Assembly: GCA_963736645.1 (NCBI GenBank)
Contig: CAVTPJ010000002.1
Span: 266,779-330,778 of the forward strand
Reading direction: 5' to 3'
DNA: 64,000 nucleotides
Source: an uncultured Thermoleophilia bacterium
GTDB lineage: Bacteria; Actinomycetota; Thermoleophilia; UBA2241
Part shown: positions 48,028-55,449 of the stretch, one piece after another
Layout: the number at the start of each line of letters is the position of its first letter
How positions within the stretch are numbered: the stretch's first letter is position 1
Notes under the pieces: generated by a model
Seen by the model: only the letters and a program-made list of their open reading frames with translations
What the model was told of the DNA's origin: nothing
The model's database searches: none
Made by a program: the position numbers and the translations under genes

Positions 48028-49023
48028 TCACGCCTCGCCAAACAGACCGCGCCACTCCCGGCCCGTCTCTTCCATAAGGGAGCGGGCGCCCGAGCGCCGC
48101 ATGCGATGGAGTCGCGGCATGCCCAACTCCCACTCCTGCATCCAGCACGCCGCGAACTCGCCCCGAGCCGTTTCCTCGAAGATCTCGGCGATCTCGCCAC
48201 GATCGATCACGCGCGGTCCGCTGGTGCGGACCGCGAACTCGCAGGTGCGGCTGCTCTTGGACGAGATGTACTCCTCAATCCCGACCTCGTCCATGACATC
48301 GACGACCGACCTCAGCGAGCGAATCGCCTTCGCGTAGGCGAAATGCGGCGCACAGCCGTTGGCGACCAGCGTCTCGAAGGTAGCCCGCATGAGCGCTATC
48401 GTGCCGCCGTATAGCACCTGCTCTTCGAAGTTGTCGCCCTCCGTCTCCCACTCGAAGTCCACCGCAACCACCCCGACGCGAGTGCTGCCGCACGCCTTGG
48501 CGAGGCCGAGCACGGTCTCCCAGGCGCGACCCGTCACGTCCTGGTCAACGGCGACGGCCCCGTAGATGCCGGAGCCCTCCATGAACTTCTCGCGCACCAA
48601 GTGCCCGGGCGAGTTCGGCACGTAGAGCACGACGTCGACGTCGACCGGCGGTTTGATCGCCCCGTAGAGGACATTGAACCCACTGGCGAAGCTCAGCGTC
48701 TTGCCGGGGCTGAGCTGATCGTGAATCGCGTCACGGTAGACGGCCGGCTGGGCGGGGTCGGGAAGCAGGACGTGCACGATGTCCGCCGCTGCAGCCGCCT
48801 CAGCGATGCTCATGACCGGTAAGCCGTCAGCTTCCGCCTTGCCCCAATCCGAGAATCGCCGTCTGTCGCCGGCACCCACGATGACCGAGAGGCCGCTGTC
48901 ACGCATGCAAAGCGCCTGTGGGCCGCCTTGAACGCCGTAGCCGATCACCGCCACGACGCGGTCCTTGAGGGGCTCGAGGCTGATTTCGTGATCTCGGACG
49001 ACCTGATTCAATGTTATGTCCAT
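48028..49023 (-). CDS. Divergent ketol-acid reductoisomerase (KARI)-family oxidoreductase
   Basis: IGYGVQG, LLPDPAQ, SGFNVLYG, PNSPGHLVR, ETEGDNFEEQ, AEFA-like TCEFA. Confidence 0.85.
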   Translation of the reverse strand: MDITLNQVVRDHEISLEPLKDRVVAVIGYGVQGGPQALCMRDSGLSVIVGAGDRRRFSDWGKAEADGLPVMSIAEAAAAADIVHVLLPDPAQPAVYRDAIHDQLSPGKTLSFASGFNVLYGAIKPPVDVDVVLYVPNSPGHLVREKFMEGSGIYGAVAVDQDVTGRAWETVLGLAKACGSTRVGVVAVDFEWETEGDNFEEQVLYGGTIALMRATFETLVANGCAPHFAYAKAIRSLRSVVDVMDEVGIEEYISSKSSRTCEFAVRTSGPRVIDRGEIAEIFEETARGEFAACWMQEWELGMPRLHRMRRSGARSLMEETGREWRGLFGEA

Positions 49024-49059
49024 GGCTCCTCCGCACGCGCCCCAAGGGTGCGCCGTCCC

Positions 49060-50256
49060 CTAGCGCTGCAGTTTGGCTGCCTGAGCTTCGGCCTTGATCT
49101 TGTCCAAGTCCGCGAAGCGCGAAAGCGGCAGACGCTCCAAGTACCAGGACTTCTCACCCGTCATCACAAACCGGGCCATGTCCCGACCGATCGTGGGCGC
49201 TTCGATCACGCCGTTTCCGCCGGCGCCGGCAGCCAGCATATAGCCCTCCACGGGCGTGTCGCCGAGGATGGGAAGGAAGTCGGCGGGCTCGGCGCGATAG
49301 CCGACCCACTCGTTGCTGATCGAGGATTCCAGCAGGCGCGGGTAGACCTCCATCAACTCTCCGGTGAGGAACTCCCAGAAGTACGCATCGGTGCCCCCGG
49401 TCATCGGCAGGTCATCGGGGTCCCAGATGCCGGCATGCGTCTCATCGCTGAGGTCCATGGTCATGTGCGCCTTGCAGATGAACACGTTGTCTTTGTCCTT
49501 GCGCGCGTAGAAACGCGGGTACTTGAGGACGGGGAATGGATACCCCAGACCCGCCGCAGGGGCCAAGATGAAGACCTCCGCCTTCGTATGCCACAGCGGG
49601 AGATCGAGCCCGACGTATCCCGCAGTGGTGCGCGCCCAAGGCCCGGAGGCATCGATGACGACATCGATGTCGAAGTGACCCTTCTCAGTCGTCACGCCCG
49701 CCACCTTGCCATCTCTCATGGTGACGTCTTCGACCTTGGTTCCGATCATGATCTTGGCTCCGGCCTCACGCGCGCGGCGCACGAGGCTGTTGGCCAGCAT
49801 CGTCGCGTCGAAGAAGCCGTCGTCAGGACACCAGCCAGCGCCGAGGACCCCCTCGAGATTCAGATCCGGGATGATCTCGTGGATCTTCGCGTGGTCGTGC
49901 CAGTACTCTGCGGTATAGCCGGACGCCACCGCCAAGTCGACCGCCCGCATGACGTAGGTCTCGTAGTCCTTGTATGGCGCGACGGTCAGCGTGCCGGTCC
50001 GCTCGAAGCCCGTGGAACCGGGCTCTTCCTTCTCCATGCCCGTGTAGAACCTGAAGCCGAAGAGCCGGACCGACCAGAACTCGTGCGCGACGGAATCGTC
50101 GATCAGGCAGAAGGTCGCGGCCGACTTGGCCGTCGTGCCTGAGCCGATGGTGTTCTTCTCAAAGACCGTGACATCCGCGTCAGGGTACTGGCTGAGGAAA
50201 TACGCGATAGATGCGCCGACGATGCCGCCGCCTACGACGCCGACTCTCTTCTTCAT
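49060..50256 (-). CDS. FAD-dependent amine/amino-acid oxidoreductase (DAO/sarcosine oxidase beta family)
   Basis: VVGGGIVGASIAY, GSGTTAKSA, DASGPWA, PILG, GGNGVIEAPTIG. Confidence 0.88.
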   Translation of the reverse strand: MKKRVGVVGGGIVGASIAYFLSQYPDADVTVFEKNTIGSGTTAKSAATFCLIDDSVAHEFWSVRLFGFRFYTGMEKEEPGSTGFERTGTLTVAPYKDYETYVMRAVDLAVASGYTAEYWHDHAKIHEIIPDLNLEGVLGAGWCPDDGFFDATMLANSLVRRAREAGAKIMIGTKVEDVTMRDGKVAGVTTEKGHFDIDVVIDASGPWARTTAGYVGLDLPLWHTKAEVFILAPAAGLGYPFPVLKYPRFYARKDKDNVFICKAHMTMDLSDETHAGIWDPDDLPMTGGTDAYFWEFLTGELMEVYPRLLESSISNEWVGYRAEPADFLPILGDTPVEGYMLAAGAGGNGVIEAPTIGRDMARFVMTGEKSWYLERLPLSRFADLDKIKAEAQAAKLQR

Positions 50257-50316
50257 TTCTCCTCCTCGTTGGCATCCGTCCACGCTTCTCTCGCCGATCC
50301 AGTGTGGCTTGCCGGA

Positions 50317-51288
50317 CTACAGCCAGACCGGATGCACGCCTCGGGTCTGGAGTCGGTCGATCAGCACGGGCAGGAACTCGTTCAGATCGGCCACGATTCC
50401 GATGTCCGCTTGCGTGAAGATCGCGGCGTCTTCGTCGTTGTTCACGGCCGCGACCACTCGGGAGTCGCGAATGCCGACGACGTGCTGGATGGCGCCAGAG
50501 ATGCCGACCGTTAGGCACACCTCGGGCTTCACCTTGATTCCCGACAGGCCCAGCCATTCGGGCAGCCAGTCCCGATCGGACGAGACGGGCCTGGAGCAAC
50601 CCACCTGGCCACCCAGAAGACTCGCGAGACGTCGGATCATCTCGAGATGCTCCATCTCCTTCACTCCTCGGCCGACGTCCACGACCGCTTTGGCTTCCTC
50701 CAGCCGGGCGCCGCTCGTGGTCTTGGCTCTCTCGCTCACCACAGATAGCTCCGGATCGCCAGCAGGCACCTGCAGTGTCTCGGCGCGCGCCAAGCGGCCC
50801 TTGCGCGACGTGGCCTCGAAAGACTTCTCGGCCACCGTCAGCACTGTAGCACCAAGCACGAAGCGATAGCTGGCCAAGCCTGCACCACCGTACAGAACGC
50901 AGCTGGCAGTAGTCTCGCCGCTGGCTGGATCGATCGTGACATCGACCGCCCAAGCGGCATACGCCGCGCCGGCGCGTTCCGCGACACGGGGAGCGACGTC
51001 CATACCCATCTTGCTGGCGCCAATGAGCACCAGGGTCGGCTGACACACACTCATCGCCGTGGCCAAGATGGCGGCCCATCTCGCCGAATCCAGGTGGTCC
51101 GCGTCGGTCGAGTACACAACGTCCGCGCCGCTGGAGGCATAGACCTCGAGCTCGGCCGCGGCGACGTCACCGCCGAGGCACAGAGAGACCTGGCCTCCCG
51201 TCGCGTCGGCGAGCTGACGCGCCTTTCCCAGCAACTCAAGCGCTACGACCGGACGATCACTCCAGACCAGAATCCCCGCCGCCATCAC
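50317..51288 (-). CDS. etfA: Electron transfer flavoprotein alpha subunit
   Basis: LEEAKAVVDVGRG, GCSRPV, VGISGAIQHVVGI, VNNDEDAAIF. Confidence 0.92.
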   Translation of the reverse strand: MMAAGILVWSDRPVVALELLGKARQLADATGGQVSLCLGGDVAAAELEVYASSGADVVYSTDADHLDSARWAAILATAMSVCQPTLVLIGASKMGMDVAPRVAERAGAAYAAWAVDVTIDPASGETTASCVLYGGAGLASYRFVLGATVLTVAEKSFEATSRKGRLARAETLQVPAGDPELSVVSERAKTTSGARLEEAKAVVDVGRGVKEMEHLEMIRRLASLLGGQVGCSRPVSSDRDWLPEWLGLSGIKVKPEVCLTVGISGAIQHVVGIRDSRVVAAVNNDEDAAIFTQADIGIVADLNEFLPVLIDRLQTRGVHPVWL

Positions 51289-52085
51289 GCCTCGCCTCTG
51301 TACGAGAGGACGTTCTCCTGCAGCAGCATGTCGATGAGAGCATCGGCCATCGCCGTGAGGTCCATGTCCTTCAGCACACGTCGCGTGCGGTCGACCACGA
51401 TTCCCGTCTCGCTGAGCACGGAGTACCCGGAGTGCACGGCGAGTGCCTCCTTTGTCAGGCCCAACTCCTCAAGACTCCATGAGTTGTTGGGCAGCTTCTG
51501 GGCCTTCATCGCCTGCAGGAGCGTGACGGGGCGAGGTACGAACGCTTCCTCGGCGACGCTGACGATCGCAGGGAGGGGAACACTCACTGTCTGGACGCCC
51601 TCCTCGAGATCCCGGTCGGCCGTCAAGACCGCGCCGTCGACGCCGATCTCGCGAGCATGGGACACGAACGGCAGTGCCAGACGCTCCGCCAGGCGCGGCC
51701 CTGTCTGATGGGAGTAGCCGTCGTCGCTCGCAAAGCCGCAGACGATGAGGTCGAAGGGGCCACGCTTACGGATCGCGGCCTCCAGCACGCGAACGGTCAC
51801 CGCCGCATCCGCGGCACCGTCGTACGGGTCCTCGATCACAGTCGCCTCGTCCGCACCGATGGCCAGCACGCTCTTGACCGCGCCACGCGCCGCAGGCGGT
51901 CCAAAGCACAGGATCTCCACCGACGCCTCGGACCCCTCCTTCAGGCGAACGGCTGCTTCGACGGCTCCCTTGTCGAGATCGCCGAATCGTGCAGGCACAC
52001 CAGCCATGCGCATTGCACGGCTCTCCGGATTCACCCGAATCTCTGCCGCGTCGATTGAGTACTTCACCAGGGCCAGTATCTTCAA
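51285..52085 (-). CDS. etfB: Electron transfer flavoprotein beta subunit
   Basis: LVKYSID, DKGAVEAAVRLKE, AIGADEA, CGFASDDG; TTG start after GGAGGA. Confidence 0.9.
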   Translation of the reverse strand: MKILALVKYSIDAAEIRVNPESRAMRMAGVPARFGDLDKGAVEAAVRLKEGSEASVEILCFGPPAARGAVKSVLAIGADEATVIEDPYDGAADAAVTVRVLEAAIRKRGPFDLIVCGFASDDGYSHQTGPRLAERLALPFVSHAREIGVDGAVLTADRDLEEGVQTVSVPLPAIVSVAEEAFVPRPVTLLQAMKAQKLPNNSWSLEELGLTKEALAVHSGYSVLSETGIVVDRTRRVLKDMDLTAMADALIDMLLQENVLSYRGEA

Positions 52086-52314
52086 GAGTACTCCTCCACG
52101 GGTCGATGCCTCCAAAGACAGCGCTCGCTGGCTACTCTGCCTCCTGTCGCGCCTTCGCCGAGCTTGGGCACGCCGATCGCATCTCGCTGTCGTTGGGAGA
52201 TTGGGGAAGGCAGAGCGCGCCTCTCGGCGCGCCGCGAACTGATCCTGGCCCTGCGGATGGTCGCCGGGGGAGTCTGGGAGCGGCCATCGCAGGGCCGATG
52301 TTCGTCCACCTGCC

Positions 52315-53370
52315 TTACGGCACGATGCAGGCCATCACACCTTTCTGCGCGTGAAGACGGTTCTCGGCCTCGTCGTAGCACGGCGTCCCCCACTTCGGGT
52401 CGTCGAGGACCGCGTCGCTAACCTCGTAGCCTCGCTCGCAGGGAAGGCAGTGCATGTAGAAGGCAGAGTCCTTGGCCAGGCGCATCCGCTCCTCGTCCGC
52501 GATCCAACCGCGGTACTTGTCGAACAACTTGGCCATGTCCTCATGCCTCGGCTCCGCGCTGAACGGCGGCAGCATATCGAGGCAGACGTAGTTCTTGGCA
52601 TAGACGACGTCGGCGGACTCGCAGGCGTCCTCCATGCTGTCAACCTCCGCGAATGTGCCACCATTCTGCTCCACGTTGGCAATGATGGCGTCCCTGACGT
52701 CAGGGTCGATGCGAAGCTCGGGTGGATGGGCGAAGACGATGTTAGGACCGAAGTAGCTGGCCGCGTACATGAAGTCGTGGTGCGGAGCGATCGGCTTCTT
52801 GGTGCTTGGCGAGTAGGCCCAGGAAACGGCCAGCTTGCGCCCGCGAAGATCCCTCCCCAGGTGCTCCCACAGAGTCATTGCGTCGGCCATGCCCTGGTTG
52901 GGATGGTACTTGTTGTCCTCCATGTTGATCACGGGGACCTCGGCGTACTTGGCGAACTCCTGGATGATCTTCAACGACTTGTCGTAGTCCCAGTCGACAG
53001 CCCCGCCGAGGATACGGACTGCAATCGCGTCGCCCATTCTGGACAGCACGCGAGCGACATCGGCGATGCGCTCGGACTGATACGCCACATCCTCGCCCTC
53101 CAGTGTAGGCAACCGCATCGAAGACGGCTCCAAGAAGTGTGCGTGCCCGCCCAACTGAAAGATGCCGGCCTCAAAGCTGTTGCGGGTGCGCAAGGAGGGG
53201 TTGAAGAACAGCATCAGCAGCGTTCGGACCGGAAGGATGTCTTGATGGGTCCGACGCATGGCCATGTCGGCCTTGAGTCGCAGGCCGACCTCGAGCATGG
53301 TCTCGATCTCCCGTCGGCTGAAATCACGCAGAGTGATGAAGTCGCGGCCTTTGAGTCCCTCTGTGATCAA
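52315..53370 (-). CDS. YgeW/N-acylornithine-type ('knotted') carbamoyltransferase of unknown substrate
   Basis: FFNPSLRTR, HPNQGMAD, SWAYSPS..KP loop, HCLP, EAENRLH; TTG start with AAGGAG RBS. Confidence 0.87.
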   Translation of the reverse strand: MITEGLKGRDFITLRDFSRREIETMLEVGLRLKADMAMRRTHQDILPVRTLLMLFFNPSLRTRNSFEAGIFQLGGHAHFLEPSSMRLPTLEGEDVAYQSERIADVARVLSRMGDAIAVRILGGAVDWDYDKSLKIIQEFAKYAEVPVINMEDNKYHPNQGMADAMTLWEHLGRDLRGRKLAVSWAYSPSTKKPIAPHHDFMYAASYFGPNIVFAHPPELRIDPDVRDAIIANVEQNGGTFAEVDSMEDACESADVVYAKNYVCLDMLPPFSAEPRHEDMAKLFDKYRGWIADEERMRLAKDSAFYMHCLPCERGYEVSDAVLDDPKWGTPCYDEAENRLHAQKGVMACIVP

Positions 53371-53499
53371 TTCCCGTTCTCCTTTCGCACTGGCCCCAGC
53401 TCTCTATCTCGCCTCGACTCGGTGAGACTCATGGGTGGAGATTCACCGGCGAAGGTGACCGTTAGTGGTGCCTGACGCGCAGAATGACCTTCGTCGAGC

Positions 53500-53576
53500 A
53501 TGCTCTGGGAAGTCGATGGCCCTGAGAAGTGGCCGTGGGCACGTCTTGAACCTGAGCCCTGTGTGCATATGCCTAT
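53500..53576 (-). promoter_or_regulatory. Promoter/operator module copy B upstream of the knotted carbamoyltransferase operon
   Basis: Box GTGTGCATATGCCTAT (53561-53576), 23-bp block 53523-53545 (22/23 identical to copy A), TTCTCA-N17-GAGCAT. Confidence 0.7.
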
Positions 53577-53982
53577 GGTTGCGGGGATCGCGCAACGGAA
53601 CAGGAGAACGCGGCATCTCGAGAAACGCTTGACCAAGTGCCCCGGAACCTCTCCCATCGCGCTGGTCTAGCCCAGAGTTGGCGCTCACCCGCCGTCGGCG
53701 GCCCAGCGTTCCGTTACCACGGCCCCCACGATCCGGCCACCCTTGATCACCGTCCAGTTGCCCGGGAAGTCACGGAGGACGTCTGAAGCTCGGAGTCGCG
53801 GACAAAGCCACAAGGAACGCAATCGGACCGGCACCGGCCGCAGGTTTCACGCTCCCGAGTCTCGGCGTGCGGGAGAACCTCCCAGCGCACCACGCGGCGA
53901 GTCCGTGATTGAGGTCGCGCTAGTCTAGTGGCCCGTTGGCATGAGTTGCATCCTGGCCTCAACTCGGCCAGCCACCAGCACG

Positions 53983-55443
53983 CTACTTGGCGGTTCTTCT
54001 GCCCCCACCACGGCGACCGGGACTCACTGCAATGTGACTCCTTCGGTTGGTGGCGATGTTGAGCAGGATGCCGAGACCGGCGAGCACGACGAGCATGCTG
54101 GTGCCTCCCAGGGAGACCAGCGGGAGCGGCACGCCGGTCAGCGGCAGCAGGCCGAGGGCCGCGCCGACGTTGATGCACGCCTGACCGATCACGATGGCGG
54201 TGATGCCGGTGGCGAGCAGCTTGCCGAAGAGGTCCTTGCAGTCGAGGGCGATGCGGAAGCAGGCCCAGGCGAGGGCGACGTAGAGGGCCAGCAGCACGAG
54301 CAGGCCGATGAGCCCGAGCTCCTCCCCGATGATGCCGGTGATCATGTCCGTGGTCTGCTCGGGGAGAAAGCCGAACTTCTGCACGGAGTTGCCGAGGCCG
54401 ACGCCGAACACCCGCCCCGAAGCGATGGAGATGAGCGACTGCGTCGCCTGGTAGCCGGTGTTCTGCGGGTCCTTCCACGGGTCGAAGAATGTGACCAGCC
54501 GCTCGAGCCGGTAGGGCTCCACGGCGATCAGAGCAAGCACGGCGACGATGCCGGCGACGGCGAGCCCGAAGAGGTAGCGCAGCGGGGCGCCTGCCGCGAC
54601 GAGCACCGCCACGACCGCAGTCACGAGGACCAGCGTCGTGCCGAGGTCCGGCTCCAGCATGATGAGTCCCGCCGCCGGGACGATGCCGATCGCCGCCAGC
54701 ATCAGGAACCCTCTCAGATGGAGGACCTCGCGCGGGCGCTTCACGATGAGCGTCGCGACGAGGATGACGGCGGCGAGCTTGGCGAACTCGCTGGGCTGCA
54801 CGCCCTGCCCGCCGACGATCAGCCACCGCCGGGCGCCGTTGATCGAGGTGCCGACGCCGGGCACGAGGACGAGGACGAGGCCGGCCACGGCAAGTCCCGC
54901 GAACGGCACGGCCATCTTGCGGTACCAGGAGTAGTCGACGCGGGACAGCACCCACATCGTCCCCACGCCGAGGGCGACCCAGAGCACCTGCCTGCCGAAG
55001 AAGTAGAAGCTGCTTCCGTACTGGAAGTAGGCCTGGGCAGCGGACGCGCTGTAGGCCATGACGAGCCCGTAGACGACCAGCAGGAAGGTGACCAGCGTCA
55101 GCGTGCGCCGCTCGGCCACGCCGGGTCCGAGCGGAGCGCCCGACGCGGCGGCCTTGGGGCGTCGGGCGGCCGGCGGGCGCCCGGGCTCCGTCGGCGCCGC
55201 GCCCGCGGCGCGCGAGGAGGCGGAGGAGGCGCGCCGCTCGGCGGCCCGCCGGTCGGCAGCGCGGCGCTCGGCGGCGCGGCGGTCGGCGCCCGGCGCCGCG
55301 CCGGCGGACGTGGCGCGCCGCTCGGCCGCGCGGCGGTCCGCGGCGCGACGATCGTCGCCCGAGCGACGGCGGCGCGGAGCGTCCTCGACCCAGTCGAGGT
55401 GGTCCAGTTCCACGCGTTCGGCCCCGCGGCCCGACGACCTCAC
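53983..55443 (-). CDS. ftsW: Peptidoglycan polymerase FtsW; last 14 residues supplied by island DNA
   Basis: GARRWL, QPSEFAK, EPDLGT, YQATQS, LPEQTTD, GVPLPLVSLGGTS. Confidence 0.93.
   Translation of the reverse strand: MRSSGRGAERVELDHLDWVEDAPRRRRSGDDRRAADRRAAERRATSAGAAPGADRRAAERRAADRRAAERRASSASSRAAGAAPTEPGRPPAARRPKAAASGAPLGPGVAERRTLTLVTFLLVVYGLVMAYSASAAQAYFQYGSSFYFFGRQVLWVALGVGTMWVLSRVDYSWYRKMAVPFAGLAVAGLVLVLVPGVGTSINGARRWLIVGGQGVQPSEFAKLAAVILVATLIVKRPREVLHLRGFLMLAAIGIVPAAGLIMLEPDLGTTLVLVTAVVAVLVAAGAPLRYLFGLAVAGIVAVLALIAVEPYRLERLVTFFDPWKDPQNTGYQATQSLISIASGRVFGVGLGNSVQKFGFLPEQTTDMITGIIGEELGLIGLLVLLALYVALAWACFRIALDCKDLFGKLLATGITAIVIGQACINVGAALGLLPLTGVPLPLVSLGGTSMLVVLAGLGILLNIATNRRSHIAVSPGRRGGGRRTAK
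54029..54044 (+). repeat. Right 16-bp direct repeat of the island, inside the ftsW 3' end
   Basis: Identical to 24746-24761. Confidence 0.9.
55228..55356 (-). repeat. Imperfect 15-bp tandem repeats encoding seven (D/E)RRA units in the FtsW N-terminal extension
   Basis: DRRAADRRAAERRA...ADRRAAERRAADRRAAERRA. Confidence 0.7.
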
Positions 55444-55449
55444 TGGGCG

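Larger units (their letters stand above)
24746..54044. mobile_element. ~29.3-kb genomic island inserted at the ftsW-murG junction; no integrase seen
   Basis: Exact 16-bp direct repeats, interrupted dcw gene order, less biased codon style, CTAG enrichment, catabolic cargo. Confidence 0.85.

Noticed and set aside
53371-53499. Riboswitch in the carbamoyltransferase leader or in other long intergenic gaps
   Set aside because: No purine, glycine, guanidine, Moco/Wco or T-box consensus was recognisable by eye; a covariance-model search would be needed.
53920-53928. CTAGTCTAG as an IS excision footprint
   Set aside because: Too short, no terminal inverted repeats, and CTAG is common throughout the island.
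53577-54028. Possible integrase or transposase at the island's right end; short ORF ...RDFPGNWTVIKGGRIVG... (about 53685-53834, minus)
   Set aside because: No recombinase motifs; the ORF is about 50 codons and unrecognisable.
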